IMG/VR virus record: IMGVR_UViG_3300037312_000330 | Coordinates: 1 to 64,000 of that record | DNA length: 64,000 bases | DNA from: a virus | Lineage: Duplodnaviria; Caudoviricetes | Direction: 5' to 3' (one strand) | Shown here: piece after piece, positions 25,428 through 35,468 of the stretch | Numbering within the stretch: the stretch's first letter is position 1 | Layout of the letters: every line of letters starts with the position of its first letter | The notes under the pieces: model-generated | Told to the model about the DNA's origin: nothing | Seen by the model: the letters and a program-made list of their open reading frames with translations, nothing else | Databases searched by the model: none | Translations under genes and position numbers: made by a program

Positions 25428-28400
25428 TCAAATAACGCTTCCTATCTGACGAGCGACAATTTGCACCCATGTACTAGCACCGGGCGCTACGTTGAATCGC
25501 ACTGTCTCACGGAAGCCGTCGAAAATGCGGATCCAGTCCTTTGTTGAACCTTCACGCTTTCCTACACCAGCCGATACGACTTCGAGAGCTTCCCACCCCA
25601 AGGGGAGCACAAAATCTGTCTGGCCGGTTGTTGCATCAAAGTCGAACGTCTTAGTCAGTTTAGTCAGACGACCAGCCGCTTCGCTTCTGTTCACCATTTC
25701 ATCACGAATTCCTTGTGCAGGAATTGTGACATCAGCACCTGAAGCGACTCCAGACCTACCGACCAGTCGGATGCCAGAACGATGAGCAGTCTTGGACAAA
25801 GTTCCTCCGACAGCTACAGGATTAAAGGTGGTGCGAATCAATCCCACGAACGTGGATTCGCTAGACTGACTTGTGACCTTCCATTTGTCCTGTACTGGAT
25901 CATAGTCCAGGTCGATCAAACTCTTGTTGTCCGGTAATGTGATCTGTGCTCCGTCTTGGAACATTTCAGCTTCCTGCATGTACATGAAGGCAGATTGCTC
26001 TGCTGTCGGAACAGTACCACTGATTCGAACCATGCTCAGACTGCCGGGCCATGCTGCATCCAACGTGTATCGGTTTCCAATAGTCAACACTGGACAGTTC
26101 TCGTAAGCTCCTCCAACGTGTTGATATGTAACGCCCGCATATGGTGTAACGCGAGCAAGCATCGCTTTCCGCAATTGCATCGTTCCGTTGGCCGAGCTTC
26201 CAGCAGCATTGATTGCCGTGTCTGTGTCCTGCATGGAGAACACCGGAGTTGCACCGACTACGTTTATCGTAAATTGAACACTGCACCTATACCACCCGCC
26301 GCCTAGGCTCGTCATCCGGGCATTAGACATGGAAGCGCCGTTTATACTACCAATAGTTCCGGTTGCCAAGTTGAAGTTTATCGAACTATTTGAACCGATA
26401 GCAGCCGCGCTCCCATAAATCTGCAGAACCGGGTATGTTCCAGCCTTGGCTTCCACGCTCATTTCGTACTGCACACCCACTTGCGGGTTATCTGTAGTGG
26501 ACGGAAACATGCTAACGTATCTAAACGCACCGGCTGTCGCATTTCCAACAACGGTTTGCGAATCCAGAGGAGTGGCCATCTGGCTAGTGCTGTTCCAAGT
26601 GCGGACGTCCTCAGTGTCCGCTTGGAACATATTGTATCTGTTCAGCGATTGCAGAGCGGCAAACGTAGTCTGTGCAACTTGTGCTCCGTTGAGTTTGAGA
26701 GTCAACGTACTGCTCGCACCATTCGGAACATATTCCATTCTACACTTCACGTACTGTCCGGTGTTGTACGTGTTCGTGGTAGTGACGCGCTGAGTTGTCG
26801 TACCATCATACAATTCACCGAGCAGTCTTCCAGCACCGTCACAACCAAGGCGCAGATACGCACCGTTCGGTCCACTACGATCGACAGCCCAGCAAGGACC
26901 ACATTCTTCGATTGACACGCTTGTGATTCCACCACTCGCACCAGGAGTGCTTGGCAACAGAGCCACCAGATAGAGTGTTGTGAACGTCGACTGAAAGATG
27001 CAGCTATACGTTGTACCTGCCGTTGGGTTGCTCATTGCCAACGGACCAATCGTGACGGACGGAGTTCCAGTATTTCCATTGTGGATATATACAGAGCCAC
27101 CATTGAAGCTCTGCGTGACCTTCACAGTGGCGCGATAGGTCTTACCAGCAGTGACATTGAACGTGTAGTACACTCGACTGAACGCAGCGGTAACTTGGTT
27201 GAATGTCAGCGCCCCGTTGACAACGGACATACTGCCATCACCAGAATACGTCCATCCTGTCGTGCTTGTCGTAGTAAAGTTCCCGTTCGTGACCAATTCA
27301 GGTCCAAGGACGGGGAACATCGCCACAGTCGCAGCAGTTGTCGACAACGTGGTCGGCAAGTTGAGCCACGCAGTAGCAGACAAACTCCCTGTACCGAAGT
27401 CCAGATCACTGCTGTAAACCGATTCCTGTAGGTAGTTGGTAGAATTGAAGCCGCTGTATCCAGTGAGCTGTGAGTTGTTCCCAACTGGCAATCTAGAGAG
27501 CGCTCCAAATGCTTTGAGGCCAACAATGTTGGAAAATCCGAGCGTAGTCTTATACGTGCGATCGGCAACAGCAGGTCGCATAGATATATGGAGAATGTCC
27601 ATATAATCGCCAACTATGGAGTTAGCGTAGGAAGCAGAGCGGGCTGGAGAAAAAACAAACCGCGCTTTCCCTATTCCAGAGCCGTCTGGGAAGACTTGCC
27701 AACGGAGAGTATTTGTTGATCCAGGAAGTATGTATGTGTTCGAGACTAGTGAAGAAGCACCTCCATTGCTTGCCCCAACGAACGCTTGGTTCGTGGAAGA
27801 CGCAGTCATCGTTATTTCTATCACGTAAGCTTGTCCGGGTATCGGTGCAATCAGCGAATCAAGAATGAAGACGTTTCCACCACCATTAGCAGCCACTCGA
27901 GTAATACGCAGATTTCCGTTTACGATCGAGAGCGTATAGTCGGGGTCCGAATTGTTGAACGGGACATAGGTAAACGGACCTGTCTCTTTCATCAGTTCGG
28001 TCTTGTTCAAGACGCGCTGATCAGTTTCTGTCAGATAACACCGGCGGATGTCACCTACCATCCATCCAGTGTTATACGTTGGAGCAATCTGGGTAGCCAA
28101 ACTAGAAGCGAAACTGCCTTCATGCAGGGTCAACTGGTCGAACAGTGGACTATATCCCGGAGCGGCAAGTCTTCCTACACGACCTCTACCGCCAATTTTG
28201 ATGCCTATGGTAGCACCGCCTTGCGAGAAGTCCGGAGCGGTAGCACTGTTAATCAACGTGTGCGTGAACGGCGAGCTTGCCTTTCCAGGTTGCAGATAGT
28301 AGTAAACGGCTGGACTTCCAGCTCGAGCTGTCCACAACACATACGGATTGATAGATACTTGCCCCACTGGAAAGGCGTCTGTAGAATTAGAAACTATTCC

Positions 28401-30386
28401 ATTGTTCTGGATAATGGACACACCGGCCTGCGTACCTACAGCAATTGTAGGGACTGGCAGATCGGTTGCTGGATCAGTCGGTGCATCCGCCATCACGCAC
28501 ATGGAAACACTGTTGATGCTTCCGTTGATAATGCCAAACGTGTCTATTCCAGAACCATTGCCACCATAGACACCACCAATGTTCTGTCTGGAAGCGATAT
28601 TGTTGTTCAGGAACGAATAGCCGTACAGACTGCTTCCATATATTACCTTGAAAGAGTCTTTGGCGAAGTCGGCCAAAATGCCGTGAGTGTTAGAGCCCCA
28701 AACCAACTTTCCAGCAAGAGCAGCTACAGTGAACGTACTGGATGTCGCCAAAGCCCACCCCATAGCGGTATTCGTGCCGTTCGTGAATCGCATCCACATT
28801 GGACAACCGGGTTGGTCCAGAGCGTATATTGTTATGTTGAAAGTTTCGTTGACGATACCCCAGACACGTGGGGGCCGTGATTGGCTGCCACGGAAAACTT
28901 CAGACTGACCATAAACACCGACCGGTTTCAGTTCGTAGTCACTTGGGACATTACTGTCTGTCGGAGAGATGACCTCTATCATCAGACCGCTAACCTTGAA
29001 CGTGCGGTTGCTGTTTGTAGAATATTTATAGACACCGTTGACACCAGAAGCTGCGTTCGCGGTTCCCTTGGCGCTAACACGATACAGTCCACCGCCAAGA
29101 TTCTGGATGTTCCAGTTCAATGGGCTTTCTTGTGCTCCATTCGATATGATCAGAGCAAAGTCATTCGCCGAACTCGTAGTAGATGCATTGGCGAACACCG
29201 GAGCACCACCATCATCCATACGCACGTAACACGACATGCGATAAGTAAGACCCGCGGTCAACGAATAGTCCACACGTGTCAGTGTAGCGTTCGTACTTCC
29301 ATTGTATCCAAAAGCTATGCCTGTTCCGGATGTCAATCCACTGAACGTGCTGGCCGTTGCCAAACCACCGAGCCAAGAGTTCGGTGTAGATGCTTCACTA
29401 TCAGACCAAAGATTCCCGTACAAACGATAGAACTTACCATCAGTTGCACTCTGATAGTAGTTCCCACTCTTGGTGTTGAATGCTGTGATCGGCTTCATGG
29501 AAACCCAGTCAACAATTGCTGTGGTCGTTCCAACACCGATGACCTGGAATGTCGTGTTCAATCCAGATCCAGCAGTGAAGTTGACTGCATAAGTTCCAGC
29601 CATTGGGAAATCGATCGCTGATCCACCAATCATGATTCGAACGCTTCCTTGACTCAAGGAAGGGATCGAAATAGCTATCCGGTAAATCTGGCTAGCGGTT
29701 GGTATTGCTGTCAGTGTTGTCGCAACGCCAGCCGTGTTTCCAGCATTGACAAGGTTCAGCACACCACCGCTGACAGAGACACCAGCATTATTAAACGTGT
29801 TCCATCCTGTAGCCGAAGCGAATGTTGGATCAGCACCGGTGATCTGCTCTGCACCGAGTGTCGGATTCTGGCAACGCGCATCGAGTTCGGTCTTGATGCC
29901 AGTTGGGCCGGCAGCAGTTGATGCCAGCCAAGATCCAGTTGACATCCCAGACTCTTTGAAGTAAGAGGTATTCTCTACTCGATTGATCCACGCACCGCCG
30001 TCTGGGTCTCTGCTCGTGTCGTAGATAAATGTAGACTGTATTGTGCCTGGACTGCGATGGAGAGCTATATTCCCTGTGGTGAGATCTTGGAATGCAGCTC
30101 CTGCCGCCGTCACCGCGGTGGTGATAGTGCTCGTAGGATCTGAGCCAAAGATCTGTGTTTGTCGGGCAGTATAATCGCTGGACCGACCAGATTTATCACT
30201 CGTATATCCAGATGCACGATTAGCTTCCGATGTGGAAGCCAACACGTCGTTGTCGTTGATAGCCTTCGCTACCGTCTTCACCGGACCATTGTCAGTGGTC
30301 ACAGTCTGAGTATTCGGTCCGTGAAGGATCGTACGAGCAGTACTCAGGTCTGCTGCGATTTGTGTGACGGTATCTGTGAGAGCCAT
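25428..30386 (-). CDS. giant virion fibre/adhesin paralog 2 (1652 aa)
   Basis: Same N- and C-terminal blocks and LamG core as paralogs 1 and 3, with different passenger modules. Confidence 0.8.
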   Translation of the reverse strand: MALTDTVTQIAADLSTARTILHGPNTQTVTTDNGPVKTVAKAINDNDVLASTSEANRASGYTSDKSGRSSDYTARQTQIFGSDPTSTITTAVTAAGAAFQDLTTGNIALHRSPGTIQSTFIYDTSRDPDGGAWINRVENTSYFKESGMSTGSWLASTAAGPTGIKTELDARCQNPTLGAEQITGADPTFASATGWNTFNNAGVSVSGGVLNLVNAGNTAGVATTLTAIPTASQIYRIAISIPSLSQGSVRIMIGGSAIDFPMAGTYAVNFTAGSGLNTTFQVIGVGTTTAIVDWVSMKPITAFNTKSGNYYQSATDGKFYRLYGNLWSDSEASTPNSWLGGLATASTFSGLTSGTGIAFGYNGSTNATLTRVDYSLTAGLTYRMSCYVRMDDGGAPVFANASTTSSANDFALIISNGAQESPLNWNIQNLGGGLYRVSAKGTANAASGVNGVYKYSTNSNRTFKVSGLMIEVISPTDSNVPSDYELKPVGVYGQSEVFRGSQSRPPRVWGIVNETFNITIYALDQPGCPMWMRFTNGTNTAMGWALATSSTFTVAALAGKLVWGSNTHGILADFAKDSFKVIYGSSLYGYSFLNNNIASRQNIGGVYGGNGSGIDTFGIINGSINSVSMCVMADAPTDPATDLPVPTIAVGTQAGVSIIQNNGIVSNSTDAFPVGQVSINPYVLWTARAGSPAVYYYLQPGKASSPFTHTLINSATAPDFSQGGATIGIKIGGRGRVGRLAAPGYSPLFDQLTLHEGSFASSLATQIAPTYNTGWMVGDIRRCYLTETDQRVLNKTELMKETGPFTYVPFNNSDPDYTLSIVNGNLRITRVAANGGGNVFILDSLIAPIPGQAYVIEITMTASSTNQAFVGASNGGASSLVSNTYILPGSTNTLRWQVFPDGSGIGKARFVFSPARSASYANSIVGDYMDILHISMRPAVADRTYKTTLGFSNIVGLKAFGALSRLPVGNNSQLTGYSGFNSTNYLQESVYSSDLDFGTGSLSATAWLNLPTTLSTTAATVAMFPVLGPELVTNGNFTTTSTTGWTYSGDGSMSVVNGALTFNQVTAAFSRVYYTFNVTAGKTYRATVKVTQSFNGGSVYIHNGNTGTPSVTIGPLAMSNPTAGTTYSCIFQSTFTTLYLVALLPSTPGASGGITSVSIEECGPCWAVDRSGPNGAYLRLGCDGAGRLLGELYDGTTTQRVTTTNTYNTGQYVKCRMEYVPNGASSTLTLKLNGAQVAQTTFAALQSLNRYNMFQADTEDVRTWNSTSQMATPLDSQTVVGNATAGAFRYVSMFPSTTDNPQVGVQYEMSVEAKAGTYPVLQIYGSAAAIGSNSSINFNLATGTIGSINGASMSNARMTSLGGGWYRCSVQFTINVVGATPVFSMQDTDTAINAAGSSANGTMQLRKAMLARVTPYAGVTYQHVGGAYENCPVLTIGNRYTLDAAWPGSLSMVRISGTVPTAEQSAFMYMQEAEMFQDGAQITLPDNKSLIDLDYDPVQDKWKVTSQSSESTFVGLIRTTFNPVAVGGTLSKTAHRSGIRLVGRSGVASGADVTIPAQGIRDEMVNRSEAAGRLTKLTKTFDFDATTGQTDFVLPLGWEALEVVSAGVGKREGSTKDWIRIFDGFRETVRFNVAPGASTWVQIVARQIGSVI

Positions 30387-30397
30387 GTTATATCAGA

Positions 30398-30425
30398 TAA
30401 AAGAAGGACGACCCGTAAGTCGTCC
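30398..30425 (-). terminator. intrinsic terminator between fibre genes 3 and 2
   Basis: GGACGAC-TTACGG-GTCGTCC followed by TTCTTTTA on the minus strand. Confidence 0.7.
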
Positions 30426-30435
30426 AGAGTTCATA

Positions 30436-33400
30436 TCAATTGATCGCTGTTGGCACCTTGCGCGCGATGATCTGCACCCAGGTTCCGTTTCCAGGAGAAA
30501 CTCCGAAGCGGATGATCTCCTTGAAGCCGTCCCACAGGCGAATCCAGTCCTTGGTAGAACCTTCTCGCTTACTGGCACCCGCACTAATAACTTCTAGTGT
30601 TTCCCAACCGTCTGGCAGAACAAAGTCTGTCTGTCCAGTAGTAGCGTCGAAATCGAAGCTCTTCGTTGGTCGACTATTTCCCCATGCCGCTTCTGCCTTG
30701 TTTGTTCTAAGTTCTTCAGCTATTGTCAGGGTGTTAGTCGAAATATCGATGCCGCCAGTATTTCTGGCTAGCAATCGGACACCACTCTTTTGAACAACCT
30801 TAGTAATGTTGCCACCATTTCCGTTCGTTGCTGTTGATGTGCGTACTAGGCCAACGATTCTAGATTCGTAGTTGTTGGTCACAACGCGATAGCAGTCTTC
30901 CTTCGGATCGTATTCTAGTTCATTGATAGTTGCGCTGTCCGGAAGTGACACCTGTGCTCCATCTTGGAACATTTGTTGTTCCTGCAAATACATCAACGAG
31001 TTCTGCTCTGTAAACGGAATGCTGCCACCAATTTTCACCAATGCAATGCTCCCAGGAAATGGGGAATTTAGCGCGTAGTTGTTTCCAACTGTGAGAACTG
31101 CATTGCTGTTTGTCAGTGTCAATAGCGCACTGCCGGTTGCCTGCGCCATCTGTTGTCCGTTGAGACGAATCACTAATGTGCCCGTGCTGCCGGTCAATTC
31201 ACCGGTTAGTTTCTGCCATGATCCAGCAAGACAGTTGATGCCGACAACATTTGAAGACCATGCGTTCATGCTCGCAGTGCGTTTCGTCGTTCCGTCAAAG
31301 ACTTCTATCATTGGCAGCGCGTCGCCACCAAATCCGAACGTGTAATACGCGCCACTACTGTAGCTGTATTCTGCAATCGGATGGCATCGTACTGTCACAG
31401 TACCTGGAACATCCTCATAGGGGAGAAGTGCAGGACCCATTGTGAACTGCATTTGCGCTATGTGGACACCGCCAGTTCCACCGCCAAACAATGCACCATC
31501 AGACGCGCGCGCCACTTGGAGTATATTGACACCACTACTTCCGTTCACGTCTTTAATCGCCACAAGAGACAGACGCACAGTATCTGCATCGATGACAGTT
31601 ATGGTCCAGCCGGTTCCGCCACTAGTGAATGCTTGTGTCACTGGATCATAGACGGCAGAACCGCTTCGGAATGAGATCACCAGCCGGTCTGTACTGCCAA
31701 CAACACGATGCACGCGGAAACTCACGTTGTATTGCGGAGTTTGTCCAATAGCTGTGTTGGGATGCAGCCAATATATACGATTATTTCCAGTCGTAGTTGC
31801 TGGCTGTTGCAGTCTTGCGTAGCTGACTCCGTTGACTGTAGTGTCACCGTCCGTGACCGTAATGCCGTCTATGTTCCAATTTGATCCGGAACCAAACAGA
31901 TTGCTTTTGGTGGCTAGGTTTTGATAGAACTGAGCATTGGTCGGTATGTTGAACCATGCATCCATTCGCACATTCCCTGTACCAAAGTCTAGATCCGTAC
32001 TGTGGGCTGTCTCTTGCAGATAGTTGCTGTTACTGAATCCACTGTAGGACAGAAGCTGCGAGTTGTTACCAACCTGCGACTTTGTCACTGTGCCTACAAC
32101 ATTCAGGTAATGCGGTGTCGAGAAGCTCTTATAGCTTCGATCAATAACGATCGGCTTGACAGAGATGTTATCCCAGTTGGAATATGAGCCAAGTCCTGTG
32201 TTGTTGGTCTTCACACATACAAACGCCCATGTTCCAGTTGCTACAAATGTTGCACTTTGTCCACTTCCGGTTGGAACGGTGTTCGCTGTCAGGTTAAAGT
32301 ATGTGTATTCGATACCTCCAGGAGTGAGGCCAATCATAAACTGAACCGCTGTCGCTGTTCCACTAGGTTGTTCGAAGTAAAAACGATAGGTTGTTCCGGG
32401 AACAGTTGGAAATCCAAAATTGGCGAGCGACCCTGTCGTTCCATTCGCATTAGTCACTCTCAACTGTCCACTTACAGAAGACAGTGTAGAGTTTGCAACT
32501 GAATCGCCAAACCATCCATTAGTGTTCGTATCGAATGTGCCGTTTGTTATCAGCTCGCCGCCGAAAGTTGTGTTGCTGGCGCTTGTAACTTTCTTGAACG
32601 ATACATTGTCGATTACCAAGGACAGTGGGCTGTTACCCGTTATGAAACCAATCGTCTGATCTGTGACGTTAACCACAGGTATGTCAATGGAATACGTGCC
32701 AACTGCAGACTGTCCGTAACTGATTCCAATTCCAGTGTACGCCTGAAGTTGACCAGCAACCCATGGATATATGAATCCACTTGCCTTTGATACGAGCGTG
32801 AAGGTAACACGAATCACATCGCCTACGTTGATAGGAAGTAAGGCTGACTGTTTGAGAGTTCCATTTCCATTGTTAGTTGCTACACCGCCAGAAATTGTCC
32901 AAGTTCCATCGTTGATCCAAGTGGACGTCGTATCGAATCCACCATTGGCGCACAGTTCAGTACCTACTTGTGTCATCGCATGTGTTTCAGTCAGCAGTGT
33001 GCGACGTATGTCTCCAAATTGCCAACCTGTTGTATAGTTCTTGTCGATGTAAGCAACTGCAGACAAAGACTTGTTCGATGGATTCGGCAGAATTAGGGAC
33101 AGTGTCTGACCCGCCGCACTGCAAAGTGCCGAAAACAGTTTGCCGCCTGGAACGCCACGACTTACTGCACCCGTTGATCCAGCCACCACTGGATACGCGG
33201 TGTACGTCATGTTCGAATAGTCAGTCAGTACAGTCGTGAAGTCTGCATCGTACGTGCGTACCGAGTAAATACCACCTGTAGATCCAGTGATGCTCAGTCG
33301 CTTGCGATAATCAAAGGCAACCGTCGTTATCGAAGACATGGTGTTCGTAACAACCGTGCCGTCGTGTTTTATCACACTAACACCGTTTCCTAGACCAACA

Positions 33401-35448
33401 GCGACGGTAGGAATCTGCAAACCTGTCGACGGATCGGTTGGCGCATCAGTCATCGTGCATAGTGCTATCGCATTGGCGATGTAGTTGCCTCCGATTGCTG
33501 GTATTGTTGTTGTGTTATACAGCCAAGCAAGCAGACTGTTCCGCTGTGCTATGTTTCCACCGTATTGAATCTGATACGAGCTGCCGTGATTAAACGCACG
33601 ATCACCAACGAAATCGATCTGTGTCAAGACCTCGGCCGCAGAACTGCTGGATCCAACGTACACTCTACCTTGAGCAGCAGCTACACACGATTTGTTGAGG
33701 CCTGTGCGTCCCATCATTGAAGTTAAGCCAACAGTGGTTCCGTTTGCAATGAAAGACATCCACATCGGACGTCCAGGCTGCATTAGGTCGTAGATAGTCA
33801 GACGAGTGGCTTCAACAACCAGACCGGCAATTCTGGGAAAGTTCTTGTTGTTCCCACGGAACACTTCCGTAACGCCAGCGTCCGTAGTTTTCTGTTGATA
33901 CGCGCTGGCAGACGAGCCAAACTCCAACTGAGCACCCCAAGCATAGATACCACTGGATCCGTTTCCAGTATATCCAGTAGTAGACGAGAAGGATGTGGTA
34001 TTGGCCGTCGGACCAAAATTGAAAGAACTGGAGAAGATCGGTCCAGAAACTGTCCAGGTGGCTATCAATTTCCACCAACCGTTTCCGGCATTCACCATGA
34101 CGGCAGACGCAATTCCTCGTGTTTCGACCACTGTTCCGGCATTCAAATCTACGATGAATCCTGGAGAATTTGCCGAAGCTGTGTTGAAACCAATGAGAGC
34201 GCGAGTACGCTCGCCAGCTTTCAGATACACGCTAAATGTGTATTGTTGCCCGCCCAGGAAAGTATAGGAGGCGTAGCTGACGGTGTACGCTGCGCCTGCA
34301 GATGTTCCTTCAATCAGTTTGTCAGCAGTCTGCGTGCCGTCCGGGGCAGTAGTAGAATTGGCGGATACAGTAAGACCGAATTGTTTAACCCAGACCGAGT
34401 TGTCGAATTGATCACTGAAGGTCAACAGATTAGTATTCAGACGATAAAATTTGCCGTCTGAGCCATTCTGATAATAGTCTCCAAATCTCGTGTTGAGAGC
34501 AACTACTGGCCGGATTGATATGTTCTTGATCCAGGTGGAAGATCCAACGCCAGCGCCAATGTTCAAGAACATGGAAGAGGCCGATTCTGCTGGAAACACG
34601 AATTCGACAGTGCGATAAGTCGTGCTGGTGACCGCTTCAGCACCAGATCCGCCTGCATATGTGATGTTGATAATGGCGTATCCACCAGTCGATACGCGAA
34701 CCTGTGCCGTAAACTTGTAGAGTTGATTGACAGTTAGATCTGTTGTTAGGGAAGGCGTGGCCCGCGACTGACTCAGATAGATATATGCACCACTACCATT
34801 ATCAATGTATCCAATTCTAATACCACCATCGTCATTGACGACTTTGTTCTGGCCGTATCCTGTCCAATACGAAGAATTGAGCATTCCGGCGGCCACTTGT
34901 TCAGCGCCAAGTGTTGCCCCGTAACACCGAGCCCACATCTCTGGTGTGGTGCTGCGATATGTTACGTATCCACTATACGGACTGGGTAGCCAGTTTCCCA
35001 TCAACTGCTCTTGCGACCAACTTGCACGATCACACGTTTGGGTCCAAGCTCCACCGTCCGAGTCTTTGCTCGTGTCGTAGACGAAGAATCCATTAACCGC
35101 GTTCGGACTACGATGCAGTGCACCACTGATAGCAGACAGATCCAGTTGCGCAAGAGCACTCCCGCTCTGCGCTTGCTGAATAGCAGTCGCTGTTTTAGTC
35201 TGAACGGCAGTCATAGTAGCCTGTGTCGTCAGATAATCACTGATTCGACTTGCTTGACCTGCCAGATAGTTGGATTGGCGAACAGCCTCAGCAGCGGCAG
35301 CCGCAGCATCCGCATCTGCTATTGCCTTGGCAAGAGAGCGGACCTGTCCATTTTCAGTAGAAACGAGCTGGGAACTCGTTCCGTGCACCATCTGGTTGAA
35401 CGCATTGGCGTCTGTTGTGAATTGTGCAAGGGTATCTGCGAGAGCCAT
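30436..35448 (-). CDS. giant virion fibre/adhesin paralog 3 (1670 aa)
   Basis: Same architecture. Contains a head-spike-like NLLTFSDQFDNSVW...TAPDGTQTAD...GIYAWGAQLE module and three CBM-like modules. Confidence 0.8.
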   Translation of the reverse strand: MALADTLAQFTTDANAFNQMVHGTSSQLVSTENGQVRSLAKAIADADAAAAAAEAVRQSNYLAGQASRISDYLTTQATMTAVQTKTATAIQQAQSGSALAQLDLSAISGALHRSPNAVNGFFVYDTSKDSDGGAWTQTCDRASWSQEQLMGNWLPSPYSGYVTYRSTTPEMWARCYGATLGAEQVAAGMLNSSYWTGYGQNKVVNDDGGIRIGYIDNGSGAYIYLSQSRATPSLTTDLTVNQLYKFTAQVRVSTGGYAIINITYAGGSGAEAVTSTTYRTVEFVFPAESASSMFLNIGAGVGSSTWIKNISIRPVVALNTRFGDYYQNGSDGKFYRLNTNLLTFSDQFDNSVWVKQFGLTVSANSTTAPDGTQTADKLIEGTSAGAAYTVSYASYTFLGGQQYTFSVYLKAGERTRALIGFNTASANSPGFIVDLNAGTVVETRGIASAVMVNAGNGWWKLIATWTVSGPIFSSSFNFGPTANTTSFSSTTGYTGNGSSGIYAWGAQLEFGSSASAYQQKTTDAGVTEVFRGNNKNFPRIAGLVVEATRLTIYDLMQPGRPMWMSFIANGTTVGLTSMMGRTGLNKSCVAAAQGRVYVGSSSSAAEVLTQIDFVGDRAFNHGSSYQIQYGGNIAQRNSLLAWLYNTTTIPAIGGNYIANAIALCTMTDAPTDPSTGLQIPTVAVGLGNGVSVIKHDGTVVTNTMSSITTVAFDYRKRLSITGSTGGIYSVRTYDADFTTVLTDYSNMTYTAYPVVAGSTGAVSRGVPGGKLFSALCSAAGQTLSLILPNPSNKSLSAVAYIDKNYTTGWQFGDIRRTLLTETHAMTQVGTELCANGGFDTTSTWINDGTWTISGGVATNNGNGTLKQSALLPINVGDVIRVTFTLVSKASGFIYPWVAGQLQAYTGIGISYGQSAVGTYSIDIPVVNVTDQTIGFITGNSPLSLVIDNVSFKKVTSASNTTFGGELITNGTFDTNTNGWFGDSVANSTLSSVSGQLRVTNANGTTGSLANFGFPTVPGTTYRFYFEQPSGTATAVQFMIGLTPGGIEYTYFNLTANTVPTGSGQSATFVATGTWAFVCVKTNNTGLGSYSNWDNISVKPIVIDRSYKSFSTPHYLNVVGTVTKSQVGNNSQLLSYSGFSNSNYLQETAHSTDLDFGTGNVRMDAWFNIPTNAQFYQNLATKSNLFGSGSNWNIDGITVTDGDTTVNGVSYARLQQPATTTGNNRIYWLHPNTAIGQTPQYNVSFRVHRVVGSTDRLVISFRSGSAVYDPVTQAFTSGGTGWTITVIDADTVRLSLVAIKDVNGSSGVNILQVARASDGALFGGGTGGVHIAQMQFTMGPALLPYEDVPGTVTVRCHPIAEYSYSSGAYYTFGFGGDALPMIEVFDGTTKRTASMNAWSSNVVGINCLAGSWQKLTGELTGSTGTLVIRLNGQQMAQATGSALLTLTNSNAVLTVGNNYALNSPFPGSIALVKIGGSIPFTEQNSLMYLQEQQMFQDGAQVSLPDSATINELEYDPKEDCYRVVTNNYESRIVGLVRTSTATNGNGGNITKVVQKSGVRLLARNTGGIDISTNTLTIAEELRTNKAEAAWGNSRPTKSFDFDATTGQTDFVLPDGWETLEVISAGASKREGSTKDWIRLWDGFKEIIRFGVSPGNGTWVQIIARKVPTAIN

Positions 35449-35468
35449 GATGGAAGCTTGCCTTAAAG

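Noticed and set aside
27786-29621. Plus-strand ORFs of 364 and 246 aa inside fibre gene 2, and a 310-aa ORF antisense to the sheath (58134-59066)
   Set aside because: They are fully antisense to well-supported genes, have no recognisable domains, and are expected from codon bias.
20592-35448. Diversity-generating retroelement acting on the fibres
   Set aside because: No reverse transcriptase is in the window, and no ~100-nt TR/VR pair differing only at adenines was seen. The shared patches are short and exact.
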